Source: an uncultured Clostridia bacterium
Lineage (GTDB): Bacteria > Bacillota > Clostridia > Oscillospirales > Oscillospiraceae
DNA: 53,171 nucleotides
Direction: 5' to 3'
NCBI GenBank assembly: GCA_945862785.1
Contig: CAMAZB010000001.1
Span: 1-53,171, forward strand
The notes under the pieces were generated by a model. The model was not told the DNA's origin, did not search any database, and worked only from the letters and a program-made list of their open reading frames with translations. Below, piece by piece: positions 9,723 to 21,766 of the stretch (positions within the stretch are counted from its first letter, which is position 1; every line of letters begins with the position of its first letter). Position numbers and translations under genes: made by a program.

Positions 9723-10235
9723 ATGGAAAAAACCGATATAAAACCCGAGATGAAACCGGAGACCATGCCTGAAATGAAGCCTGATATGAAACCGCCTGCC
9801 ACGTCCTGCGGCACTGGCAAGGGCTCCCTCCCCGGCGGCTGCTGTGGGTCTCTGGCGTACCCATATATCCCCATGCAGGAGCAGAATCCCGTCCGCTTCA
9901 GCCGGATGGAGGCTTTGCAGACCGGCACTCTGTTCCCCGGACTGAACCTGCCATTCAAGGCGGCTATCCAGGCCAGAACCAAGATGGCCAATACCGCCCT
10001 GGCGGAGCTGATGGCCCTGGATTTCGCGGTAGATGAGCTGGGGCTGTACCTGGTGACCCACCCCAAGGACCAGGAGGTCCTGCAGCTTTACTGGACCTAT
10101 ATCAAGCTGGCTCAGGAGGGCCGGGAGAAGTACCAGAAATTGTATGGTCCCCTGCTGCAGACGGACCTGACCCCCGAGGAGGGCTATGCCTGGCTGAAAG
10201 ATCCCTGGCCTTGGGATGAAGGAGGAAACGACTGA
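9723..10235 (+). CDS. Spore coat CotJA-CotJB fusion protein
   Basis: CotJA motif LAYPYIPMQ...ALQTGTLFPGLNLPF followed by CotJB motif LDFAVDELGLYLVTHP...YGPL...WLKDPWPW. Confidence 0.8.
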   Translation: MEKTDIKPEMKPETMPEMKPDMKPPATSCGTGKGSLPGGCCGSLAYPYIPMQEQNPVRFSRMEALQTGTLFPGLNLPFKAAIQARTKMANTALAELMALDFAVDELGLYLVTHPKDQEVLQLYWTYIKLAQEGREKYQKLYGPLLQTDLTPEEGYAWLKDPWPWDEGGND

Positions 10236-10831
10236 TGTTTGTCTATGAGAAGAAGCTGCAATATCCCGTCAAAATCAAGAATACGAACCCGAAGCTGGCG
10301 GCCATCATCATCAGCCAGTACGGCGGCCCCGACGGCGAGCTGGGCGCTTCCCTGCGCTATCTGAGCCAGCGGTACTCCATGCCTTATCCGGAGCTGAAGG
10401 GGCTGCTGACCGACATCGGAACCGAGGAACTGGGCCATCTGGAAATGATTGGCACCATTGTCCACCAACTGACACGGGACCTGACCGAGGACCAGATCAA
10501 GACCGGGGGCTTTGACACTTACTTCGTGGACCGCACCGCCGGGGTCTACCCCACCGCCGCCTCCGGCTTCCCCTGGAGCGCCGCCAGCATGGCGGTGAAG
10601 GGCGATCTGATCGCCGACCTGACGGAAGACCTGGCTGCCGAACAGAAAGCCCGGGTGACCTACGATAACATTCTTCGCCTTTCCGATGATCCTGACGTCA
10701 ACGACGTCATCAAGTTCCTCCGGGCCCGGGAGGTCGTCCACTTCCAGCGCTTCGGCGAAGGCCTGCGGCTGGCCAAGGATCGGATGGATGAAAAGAACGT
10801 GTATTTCATCAATCCGTCCTTTGACAAGTAA
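10235..10831 (+). CDS. cotJC: Manganese catalase-family spore coat protein CotJC
   Basis: MFVYEKKLQYPV, QYGGPDGEL, GTEELGHLE, REVVHFQRF. Confidence 0.92.
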   Translation: MFVYEKKLQYPVKIKNTNPKLAAIIISQYGGPDGELGASLRYLSQRYSMPYPELKGLLTDIGTEELGHLEMIGTIVHQLTRDLTEDQIKTGGFDTYFVDRTAGVYPTAASGFPWSAASMAVKGDLIADLTEDLAAEQKARVTYDNILRLSDDPDVNDVIKFLRAREVVHFQRFGEGLRLAKDRMDEKNVYFINPSFDK

Positions 10832-10911
10832 GCAACGGGAAAACAAGATTGTATCCCGGAGGATCTTGTGATATACTCTCATCAGAATCTTTACAAAGGA
10901 GAACCTGTGAT

Positions 10912-11136
10912 ATGCAGTCATTTGAAGATATCGATCTGTTCGACTGTCCCCTCTGTCACGGCCCCGGCCTGATTGAGGAGGAAAACGGCTGGTGTCTATA
11001 CGTCCAGTGCCTGGACTGCGGCTGCCATACGGCGGCGCTGACCTACGACAATGAGGAGGAGCGCCAAACGGCTGCCCGTCAGGCCGTCAGTCTCTGGAAC
11101 GTAGGTAAGGTCATCCACACCGGCGTCGGAGACTGA
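10912..11136 (+). CDS. Lar (restriction alleviation)-like zinc-finger protein
   Basis: CPLC...VQCLDCG...A..WN pattern; AAAGGAG RBS; TTGTAT-N17-TATACT promoter at 10849-10877; terminator at 11168-11203. Confidence 0.7.
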   Translation: MQSFEDIDLFDCPLCHGPGLIEEENGWCLYVQCLDCGCHTAALTYDNEEERQTAARQAVSLWNVGKVIHTGVGD

Positions 11137-11324
11137 ATTGGGGAGCTCACTTTACGCCATGCAAACGGAACGCCGCTTCGGAATGATCGGAGCGGCGTTT
11201 TTTGCCGGAAAAATCTGCGATTTTTTCCAAATGCATTTACAAACGTTGGGTTTTCGTGTAAAATTTAATTTATCGCTATAAACCAATGACGCTATAAAGA
11301 AAAAAAGAGTTTGGGAGAGTTGAA

Positions 11325-12731
11325 ATGAAGCTGCTGTATGCCATTTACAATTTTATGTGGGGCGATCTTGTTACCATTCCCCTTCCCGGAGGCGGGAGTG
11401 TGGGACTGTCTCTGCTGGTTTTGATCTTGGTGCCTGCGGGCATCTTTTTTACGTTCCGCACCCGGTTCCTGCCGGTGCGGCTCTTCCCCGAGATGATTCA
11501 TGTCACGCTGGAAAAGGAGACCAGTGCCAAAAAGGAAGGCATTTCCGGCTTCCAGGCGTTGATCGTGTCCACCGCCACACGGGTCGGCATGGGAAACCTG
11601 GTGGGCGTGGTGGCGGCTGTTTCTGCCGGCGGCGCGGGTGCCGTGTTCTGGATGTGGGTCACTGCGCTGGTTGGTTCCGCCACCGCTTTCATTGAAGCCA
11701 CCCTGGCCCAACTCTACAAGGAGAAAGACCCACTGTACGGCGGCTACCGGGGTGGCCCCGCCTATTTCATCCACCATTTCATGACCGGTCATTTCGGCAA
11801 TAAGTCCCGCCGCTGGTCTGTCATTGCCGTTCTGTTCGCCATCTCCGGCCTGATCTGCTGGTGCGGCATCAGCCAGGTCATCGGCAACTCTGTTTCTTCC
11901 TCTATCTACAATGCCTTCCATATTCCCCCGCTATATACGGCCATTGCCCTGGTGGCGGTGTCCGCCATTATCGTGCTGCGGAAAAACGCCACAGTGAAGG
12001 TGCTGGACATCGTAGTTCCCATTATGGCAGGCTGCTATTTCGTCATTACCCTGTTCATTATCTTCAAAAACCTGCCGCTCCTCCCCTCCGTATTCCGGCG
12101 CATTTTCTCTGAGGCATTCGGCCTGCGCCAGGCGGCGGCGGGCGGCTTCGGTGCCGTTATCATGAACGGTGTCAAGCGCGGCCTCTTCTCCAACGAAGCC
12201 GGCAGCGGCTCCGCCCCCTGCGCCGCGGCGGCCGCCGACATTGACCACCCCGCCAAGGAGGGATTGCTCCAGGCCTTCGGCGTATTCCTGGATACCATCG
12301 TTATTTGCAGCTGCTCCGCCATGATCATGCTGCTGGCCCCGGCAGAGGCCATCGACGGTCTGGCAGGCATGGATCTGCTGCAGGCGGCGATGGAGTGCCA
12401 TCTGGGCCGCTTCGGTGTGATGTTCATCGCCCTGACCCTGCTACTGTTCAGCTTCTCCACGTTCATCGGCATCCTGTTCTACGCCCGGGGCAATGTGGCC
12501 TACCTGTGCGGTGACAACTGGGCCTCCCAGACGGCCTATAAGGTGCTGGCGCTGGTAATGCTGTTCATCGGCTGCATGGCAGCCTACACCTTCGTTTGGG
12601 ATCTGGGTGATGTGGGTATCGCCCTCATGACCATTTTCAACATGATCGTCCTCTTCCCCATGTCCAAGGAGGCCCTGGCCTCCCTGCGGGACTACGAGAG
12701 GCTGATGAAACAGAGAAAACAGGCAAAATAA
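11325..12731 (+). CDS. Alanine/glycine:cation symporter (AGCS family)
   Basis: TRVGMGN, GGAGAVFWMW, GGPAYFI, GVKRGLFSNEAGSGS; many TM segments. Confidence 0.92.
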   Translation: MKLLYAIYNFMWGDLVTIPLPGGGSVGLSLLVLILVPAGIFFTFRTRFLPVRLFPEMIHVTLEKETSAKKEGISGFQALIVSTATRVGMGNLVGVVAAVSAGGAGAVFWMWVTALVGSATAFIEATLAQLYKEKDPLYGGYRGGPAYFIHHFMTGHFGNKSRRWSVIAVLFAISGLICWCGISQVIGNSVSSSIYNAFHIPPLYTAIALVAVSAIIVLRKNATVKVLDIVVPIMAGCYFVITLFIIFKNLPLLPSVFRRIFSEAFGLRQAAAGGFGAVIMNGVKRGLFSNEAGSGSAPCAAAAADIDHPAKEGLLQAFGVFLDTIVICSCSAMIMLLAPAEAIDGLAGMDLLQAAMECHLGRFGVMFIALTLLLFSFSTFIGILFYARGNVAYLCGDNWASQTAYKVLALVMLFIGCMAAYTFVWDLGDVGIALMTIFNMIVLFPMSKEALASLRDYERLMKQRKQAK

Positions 12732-12736
12732 ACGCA

Positions 12737-12766
12737 GAAAAGCGGGGCGAAAGCCCCGCTTTTTTC
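12737..12766. terminator. Bidirectional terminator
   Basis: AAAAGCGGGGC-GAAA-GCCCCGCTTTTTT. Confidence 0.85.
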
Positions 12767-12773
12767 TTTGCGT

Positions 12774-13184
12774 TCATATCAAAATCCCGTTGCAGTGGTC
12801 GATCTCATGCTGGATGATCTGGGCTGGCCAGCCCGTGAAGGTCTTGAACCGGACCTGGAACTGCTCGTTCTGATACCGCACCTTGATGGAGCGGAAGCGG
12901 GTGGTCTTACGGATGCCGTCCAGAGAAAGGCAAGCCTCCTCAGCGCCATAGGGACCGGAGGACTTCACGATCTCCGGGTTGAACATGGCCATATATGTTC
13001 CCCCGTTATCAAAGGCAATAACCCGGCGGCTGACGCCGATCATGTTGGCCGCCATGCCCACGCACCGGTCTTTACTTGCCTCCAGCGTTTCCAGCAGGTC
13101 CCGGGCCAGAGTAAGGTCCTCCGCCATGGCGGGAGCGGACTTTTGCACCAGGAAAATGGGATCTCTCATAATCGGTCGTATCAT
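12774..13184 (-). CDS. def: Peptide deformylase (short type)
   Basis: GMAANMIG, EEACLS, QHEIDHCNGILI. Confidence 0.88.
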   Translation of the reverse strand: MIRPIMRDPIFLVQKSAPAMAEDLTLARDLLETLEASKDRCVGMAANMIGVSRRVIAFDNGGTYMAMFNPEIVKSSGPYGAEEACLSLDGIRKTTRFRSIKVRYQNEQFQVRFKTFTGWPAQIIQHEIDHCNGILI

Positions 13185-14260
13185 ATCTGTCTCAGCCTTT
13201 CTATGATCTTGCGGTCCGCCGGGCAGAAGGGCATTTTCTCCATCTCTTCCACTGTCACCCAGCGCAGGGCCTGATGTTCCAGAAGCCGTGGCGTTCCCTC
13301 TGTGATGGCAGCATGGAGCACTGTCAGGCGTATGACAACATCCGGATAGCGGTGCGTCAGCTCCAGAAAGGTATCCGTCACGGAAACCGTGATCCCCAGC
13401 TCCTCCCGGCACTCCCGAACCAGGGCCTGGGGCTTCGTTTCGCCCGGCTCCACCTTACCGCCCACGAACTCCCACTGCCCGCCCCGGGCCTTGTTTTCCG
13501 GGCGCTGACAGGCCAGGAAGCGGTCACTATCCCAAATCAGCGCCGCCACCACTTCCAGAGGCTCGGCTGTTTGCAGGCGCTCCCAGTCCTTCAGCACCGC
13601 GAACTGCTCCGGGGTGTGGAACCAGTGCTCTCCCTCCTCGTAAACGGTCAGGGCGCAGCCGAAACGGGCGGCAAAGTCTTCTAACGTCTCCCGTTCCGTC
13701 AGGGCGTCTCCCACGGCGTACAGGATTGCTGTGGGACAATCCCAGCTTTGAATGGGATGCGCTCTGACATACTGCCAATAGTCCCAGGACAATGTCTCTC
13801 CAAATGCGGCGGGGATCGTACGTCGGGCTTCCAGCTCCGCTTCCGTGACACCCGCCCAGTCCATCATACGGCGGATGAGTGCCTCCATATCCAGCACCGG
13901 AGACACCAGCAGCGCTTGCTCCGGCGGAGCGTCCCCAAAAGCCAGCAGAGCGAACCAGGCGCCGATGCTGGTAGCTCGGAGGGCCGTCCTCCGCCACCGC
14001 TTTCGGATGTACTCCATAACGCTCCGCAGCTCCGGCACAACAGTCCAGGGGACCAGCTCTTCCGCGCCTCCCCGCCGTTCTCCATGCTCGGGGAGGTCAA
14101 TGGATATAACTTGCCACCCGTTGGCACAGGCGGTTTCCGCAAAAGATGCGCCCTCCTCCTTGCAGCCTTGCTTGCCGTGAATAAACAGCCACACGTTTTC
14201 TGACCCGGTGCCGTACACCACAGCGGGAATGCGACCGATCTGAATGTTTTGCTCCTGCAT
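13181..14260 (-). CDS. Alpha/beta hydrolase fused to a MutT/NudG-type NUDIX domain
   Basis: IHGKQG, ATSIG nucleophile, GEHWFH; then the NUDIX box GGKVEPGETKPQALVRECREELG. Confidence 0.85.
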   Translation of the reverse strand: MQEQNIQIGRIPAVVYGTGSENVWLFIHGKQGCKEEGASFAETACANGWQVISIDLPEHGERRGGAEELVPWTVVPELRSVMEYIRKRWRRTALRATSIGAWFALLAFGDAPPEQALLVSPVLDMEALIRRMMDWAGVTEAELEARRTIPAAFGETLSWDYWQYVRAHPIQSWDCPTAILYAVGDALTERETLEDFAARFGCALTVYEEGEHWFHTPEQFAVLKDWERLQTAEPLEVVAALIWDSDRFLACQRPENKARGGQWEFVGGKVEPGETKPQALVRECREELGITVSVTDTFLELTHRYPDVVIRLTVLHAAITEGTPRLLEHQALRWVTVEEMEKMPFCPADRKIIERLRQI

Positions 14261-14281
14261 CGTCTTTCCTCTCTCCTGCTC

Positions 14282-14709
14282 TTACCGGGAACGGATATAC
14301 GCGATATTGCTGAACCACAGGACTGCCGGGATATCCGCCGCCAGCATTTCCTCCACGCTTTGCCAGACGCGCCGCGGCCCCACGCCCCAGGATACTTTCA
14401 AGGGAACGCCGTAATCCCGGAAGCAGCGGCACAGACCCCGTGCCATCAGCCAACCGTTCGCTCCCAGCACGGGACAGAGCGGAACATATTTTTTCCACAG
14501 CAGCGCAAGACTTCATCGTAATCAGAACTCCAGACATTCATGGAACAGTCGGGGCGCCGTCGGGCCAGGTAGTGAAGCACATCGCAGCAGGCCACCAGGC
14601 CGCAGCCATAGGCCCGGACATCCCGGCGGGCGCTCCAGCTCTGGCTGCCGCCATAAGAGTGCCCGGTGTCCATTGGATAGGACACATAAGGTCCCCGCAG
14701 CTCCGTCAT
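14282..14709 (-). pseudogene. Frameshifted and probably internally deleted C39-peptidase-like gene
   Basis: SYGGSQ...GCGLVACCD N-terminus; frame switch near 14500 continues as LLWKKYVPLCPVLGANGW...; short abrupt C-terminus. Confidence 0.55.
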
Positions 14710-14761
14710 GCATGTTTCTCCCTTGAAAAAGCGCCGGGGCTGACCGCTCCGGCACTTCGTA

Positions 14762-17466
<2,705 letters not shown>

Positions 17467-17518
17467 GGTCTCACCCCCTCCCGCTATCCTTATGCGGCAA
17501 GAGGTTGGACCTAGACGC

Positions 17519-18895
17519 TCATTTCAGCCCGTTCACGATATCCTTAAATACTCTTCCTCTTTCCATGAAGTTTGCAAAACGGTCAAAGGAAGTACTGGCG
17601 GGGGACAGGATCACCACGTCCCCCTCCTGGGCACGGCTGCCCGCCAGAGCCACAGCCTGATGATAGTCTTCCACATCCACGATCTCCAATCCGTCGTAGT
17701 TCGCGGCCTGCTCTGTTACACGGCGGATGACCCCGGCAGTGGCACCGCAGAGGATCAGCAGCTTTACATGGTCATTGATGACCGGGCCCAGCGCGTCGTA
17801 AGAGATGCCCTTATCCTTGCCGCCGGCAATGAGGATGACCTTTTCCTTGAAGGAGTTGAGTCCCGCAATCGTACGGCTGGGACTGGAGGCGATGGAGTCG
17901 TTGTACCACCGCACGCCGTTGCGGGTGCGGATGAGCTCGATGCGGTGCTCCACGCCGCCGAACTCCCGGGCAAAGTCCCGGATGATGCCGTCGGGCACCA
18001 GACCGTCCACAGCGGCGATAGCCGCCATATAGTTTTCAATGTTGTGGACGCCGGGGAGTTTGATGTCTGCGGTGGTCATCACCTGCCGCTCCTCCCCGTT
18101 ATGCCGGGCGATGACGGCATCCCCCCGGAGGAATACGCCGTCCTCCAGCTCCTTCTTGCGTGAGAACAGCCGCGCCCGGCCCACGGCCCGGGAGGCTTCC
18201 TCCAGCGTATAGGGATTGTCCGCATTGAATACGGCAATATCTTTTGTCGACTGGTGTGTAAAGATATTTTCCTTTGCATCAATATACTCCTGGAAATCCT
18301 TATGAACATCCAGATGATTGGGTGCCAGATTAGTAACGACGGCGATATGGGGGCTGTGGGTCATGGTCATGAGCTGGAAGGAACTGAGCTCCAGCACCGC
18401 CACATCCTCCGGCTTCATCTTCCCGGTCTCCGCCAGCAACGGATGGCCGATGTTGCCGCCCAGGTGGACGGTCTTCCCCGCGCGCTTCAGCAGCTCGGCA
18501 ATGATCGTGGTGGTCGTGGTCTTTCCGTCGCTGCCGGTGACGGCGATTTTAGGGCAGGGGCAGACCTCAAAAAACACTTCCATCTCGGAAGTCAGGACAC
18601 TGCCCCGGCTGACGGCAGCGGCAAGCTGGGGCAGATCGGGCCGCATGCCGGGCGTCCGGAAGATGACATCCTCCGTCAAACCGTCCAGATACGCCTCGCC
18701 CAAGCGCAGGCGGCAACCGTTGGCCTCCAGCTGCTCGGCCACGATGCCCAGCGTCTCCCGGTTCTTCTTATCGCAGGCAGTAACGGCGATGCCACGCTCC
18801 AGCAGCAGCCGGATCAGCGGCTGGTTGCTGACGCCGATGCCGATGACCGCCACGGTCTTATTCTGCAAAGACGACAAATACTCCTCAAATGTCAT
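17519..18895 (-). CDS. murD: UDP-N-acetylmuramoyl-L-alanine--D-glutamate ligase
   Basis: GIGVSN, TGSDGKTTT, ELSSFQL, HLDVH, YNDSIAS, SPASTSFD. Confidence 0.95.
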   Translation of the reverse strand: MTFEEYLSSLQNKTVAVIGIGVSNQPLIRLLLERGIAVTACDKKNRETLGIVAEQLEANGCRLRLGEAYLDGLTEDVIFRTPGMRPDLPQLAAAVSRGSVLTSEMEVFFEVCPCPKIAVTGSDGKTTTTTIIAELLKRAGKTVHLGGNIGHPLLAETGKMKPEDVAVLELSSFQLMTMTHSPHIAVVTNLAPNHLDVHKDFQEYIDAKENIFTHQSTKDIAVFNADNPYTLEEASRAVGRARLFSRKKELEDGVFLRGDAVIARHNGEERQVMTTADIKLPGVHNIENYMAAIAAVDGLVPDGIIRDFAREFGGVEHRIELIRTRNGVRWYNDSIASSPSRTIAGLNSFKEKVILIAGGKDKGISYDALGPVINDHVKLLILCGATAGVIRRVTEQAANYDGLEIVDVEDYHQAVALAGSRAQEGDVVILSPASTSFDRFANFMERGRVFKDIVNGLK

Positions 18896-19009
18896 GGATA
18901 TTCGCTCCTTATCCCCTTTGCCAATGGCTGGGGTTGTGATCAAAAATTTGTACCGTAAAATTATATCGCAATAGAGAGAAAAAAACAACCGGCGGAGAAA
19001 TTTTCCGCG

Positions 19010-19038
19010 TTGACAATCCCGCACCGGTCTAGTACAAT
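19010..19038 (+). promoter_or_regulatory. SigA promoter of rnpB
   Basis: TTGACA-N17-TACAAT just before the RNA 5' end. Confidence 0.85.
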
Positions 19039-19044
19039 AAACGG

Positions 19045-19405
19045 GCGAGGAAAACAGACAGTCGCGGGGCCAGGCCGAAAGGCCGGTCATGAGGAAAGTC
19101 CGGGCTCCGCAGGGCAAGGATAACGGGTAACGCCCGCCCAGAGCGATCTGAGGAAAAGTGCAACAGAGATATACCGCCCGTGAGAGTCCCTCTCACGAGC
19201 AAGGGTGGAAAGGTGCGGTAAGAGCGCACCCGATGGCTGGGAACAGTCCGTCGCTGTAAACTCTATCCGGAGCAACACCGGTATGGGAGCAGGAGGCAAC
19301 TCCAAGGCTGGCCCGGCCGCTCCCGGGGTGGCTTGAGCGTGTTGGCAACAGCGCGCCTAGATAGATGACTGTCAAATACAGAACCCGGCTTACAGTTTTG
19401 CTCGC
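19045..19405 (+). ncRNA. rnpB: RNase P RNA, type A
   Basis: GAGGAAAGTCCGGGCT, AGTGCAACAGAG, GGTAAGAGCGCACC, ACAGAACCCGGCTTA; P1 pairing GCGAGGAAAAC/GTTTTGCTCGC; terminator at 19415-19452. Confidence 0.96.
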
Positions 19406-19460
19406 GCTATGATACGGCCCCTCTTGCGGAATACGCAGGAGGGGCTCATTTTATGTGCTC

Positions 19461-19974
19461 TCAGTGATAGCGGTACTGCGCGTCGGTATACTGTGGTCGA
19501 TGCAGCGGAGAATAACTCCTGGCTGCGAAATTCCAGTAGTTCATAGCCCTCCGCCTCGTGGAAGGAGACCGGCGGGTCTGTCCCAAATTCTGTGTAAACA
19601 CCGAAATGCGGTGCAAATAGAGCAAAATTGATTCAAGGCGGAAGTGGCGCAAGCTGCTGCCGCCTTGTTTTCAAAATAGCAGTGGATAGTGGGCATGTCA
19701 AGGGCGGGGGCGCCAGCCCCCGTTCATCTTGACCCTTGACATGCCGGTATGCAGCAGGTTATTCCGGCATGCGATCAGCAAAGAATACTGCCAGCTGAGC
19801 ATGAATCATGCTCCAGTCCTGTCTCCGGCCAGTCCATTTCTTTGTGATATCGATCATGGCTAGATACAGCATTTTCAATAGGCTGTCATCGGAGGTTTAC
19901 ACAAAATTTGGGATGGTCTCAGACCGGCCCGGGTGTCCCCCCCAGATACGCCAAAGGCTTTTGTTTTCAACCAT
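19461..19974 (-). pseudogene. Small ORF interrupted by the MITE and further frameshifted
   Basis: GAGGAG RBS and ATG at 19974; with the element removed it reads MVENKSLWRIW...VSFHEAEGYELLEFRSQELF...QYTDAQYRYH with frame slips. Confidence 0.5.
19574..19920 (-). mobile_element. 347-bp internally deleted IS256-family element (MITE-like)
   Basis: 26-bp TIRs (21/26 identical, core TCCCAAATTYTGTGTAAAC); 8-bp TSD AGACCGGC at 19566-19573 and 19921-19928; transposase C-terminal remnant SDDSLLKMLYLAMIDITKKWTGRRQDW. Confidence 0.9.
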
Positions 19975-19985
19975 AGCAGCTCCTC

Positions 19986-21023
19986 TTACCGGCCCCGGCC
20001 CTCCTTTTCAAGGTCTTTTTGTCGTTCAGTATCGGTCCGCAAGAGGGATGTCAGCTCCGGCTCCACTGTATCCGGCCAAATCTCCGTGATCTCCCCATCC
20101 ACCATGTCATAGACTGTGTAGGGCTTCTCTGCCCAGCGGGTACGGACTGCCAGTTCCGTGGTACCGTCATGATCGTAGTCAGTCTGTGCAAAGCCTAAGC
20201 AATCGTCTACCGTCAGCAAAAGCTTTTCCTTCTCCCATGTCTCCGGGTCACAGCTCCAGAAGCGGTAGCTGTAAAGCGCCCCATCGCCGTCAGGATTTGG
20301 ATAGGCATTTTTGTACTCGAAAAACACGCAGTCGTAGCCGAATAACTGATCCCCTGTTGCTCCCATTGTGTCCAGTCCCATCATGCTGCCCACCATACCT
20401 GACAAACCGAGTAGAATTCTGTCTGTTACTTCGCAGCTCCGGACGGTCCCCACATATGTTCTCTTGTTCCACCGGCAGTCCATGCGGAAAACATTGGGTT
20501 CCCCAAAATCATTTTTCAGTGTCAGCCCGTCAAAGTCGATTCCGTCTCCGCATTTCAATTTCAGAAGATGGCCTTTCTCCTCTACATACAGGTAATTCTC
20601 ACCGTCCACGGTCTCTTTCAGAGAAATAGCACTCTCCCGCTGTTCGCTGACGAAGGTATCCGCATACAAAAGTACCAGTGCCGTTAGCGCCGCCATCAAC
20701 AATACTCCCAACACTAAGGAACGTTGCCCGCCCCGCTGCTTCTCCTTCTTCAGATTATCCCGGGAAATATCCAATAACGCGCTCACAGGCTCCTCCGCTC
20801 CTCTCTCTGCCTCTCGTTTCCGGCAGGCCACCAGCTCCTCCACACTCAGACCGAGAACCTCCGCCAGCGGCTCCAGCAACGTCACATCTGGGTAACTCAG
20901 TCCCCGCTCCCATTTGCTGACGGCTTTGTCTGTGATGTGGAGTTTTTCTGCCAGCTCCTTCTGCGTCATGTTGTGTTCTTTGCGGCGCTCCGTGATGAAA
21001 GCGCCCAGCCGTTCCTTGTTCAT
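19986..21023 (-). CDS. Membrane-anchored XRE-family HTH regulator with an extracytoplasmic domain
   Basis: TQKELAEKLHITDKAVSKWERG HTH, one TM helix, beta-rich C-terminus with DYDHDGTTEL. Confidence 0.82.
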   Translation of the reverse strand: MNKERLGAFITERRKEHNMTQKELAEKLHITDKAVSKWERGLSYPDVTLLEPLAEVLGLSVEELVACRKREAERGAEEPVSALLDISRDNLKKEKQRGGQRSLVLGVLLMAALTALVLLYADTFVSEQRESAISLKETVDGENYLYVEEKGHLLKLKCGDGIDFDGLTLKNDFGEPNVFRMDCRWNKRTYVGTVRSCEVTDRILLGLSGMVGSMMGLDTMGATGDQLFGYDCVFFEYKNAYPNPDGDGALYSYRFWSCDPETWEKEKLLLTVDDCLGFAQTDYDHDGTTELAVRTRWAEKPYTVYDMVDGEITEIWPDTVEPELTSLLRTDTERQKDLEKEGRGR

Positions 21024-21094
21024 GAGCTTCACCTCATCACAGACTCTACGCCGTTTTTGGAAAAAAGACAACCGACCAGCGGTAGAATCGCCTG

Positions 21095-21514
21095 TCAGAC
21101 ATCGTTCCGGCCGTCCTGCTTCCCTCTCTTTGGCATCTGGTCGATATATTTCCGCATACAGGCGGCTTTCTCATCGCCCCTTCCGCCGTACCCGCCTTCG
21201 CCGGCGTACTGGCCCTTTTCCCAGCGGACTTTTGCGGCCTCGGAGTACCGCTTGTGCTTAGCCTTCCACTTCTCCGTGTCACGCCGGATGGTCTCCGCCA
21301 CAAAACGAAAGGCCATGCTGCATGCCTGGCTCATGTCCGGGTACCGGGCCATGATCTCCTCCGGCGTGATGTCCCGCTCCGCCGCCGACTGGGCATACTC
21401 GAACACCGCCCCCAGCAGCATCCCCTTCTGGTCGGCGGGCAGTACGCGGATGCTGGGGTACATGTCAAAATACAGCACAAAACTCTTTTTCTGTTCTTCC
21501 GCCAAAGCGATCAA
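21095..21514 (-). CDS. DUF6291-like protein (phage replication-initiator N-terminal-like)
   Basis: KKSFVLYFD...QKGMLLGAVFEYA...MAFRFVAETIRRDTEKW pattern. Confidence 0.65.
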   Translation of the reverse strand: MIALAEEQKKSFVLYFDMYPSIRVLPADQKGMLLGAVFEYAQSAAERDITPEEIMARYPDMSQACSMAFRFVAETIRRDTEKWKAKHKRYSEAAKVRWEKGQYAGEGGYGGRGDEKAACMRKYIDQMPKRGKQDGRNDV

Positions 21515-21594
21515 CTCCCTTCCTATCTCCCCCGCCCGCTCCGGAATCTTGCATGCCGGTATGCAACACTAAAATTTTTTTAAAATCATCCGCC

Positions 21595-21660
21595 AGTGCA
21601 AGTGATCGTGTAAGTGATACTGTTAGTGGAACTGTCAATGCTTCTGTAAGTGCCAGTGCG
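21595..21660. repeat. Degenerate 6-bp periodic tract (11 units, consensus near AGTGNN)
   Basis: agtgca agtgat cgtgta agtgat actgtt agtgga actgtc aatgct tctgta agtgcc agtgcg. Confidence 0.75.
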
Positions 21661-21766
21661 GCCTTGGCGCGGCCCGGCTTCACTTTTGAACAAAAGAATT
21701 TTTTTGTTGATTTTTAAGGACAAAAAAGAGGAACGGCTCTCGCCGTTCCTCCGGTTTTAACATCGA

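Noticed and set aside
19740-21565. Shared 14-mer CATGCCGGTATGCA at 19740 and 21552
   Set aside because: One copy is internal to the IS256 remnant; no integrase or boundary evidence for an att pair
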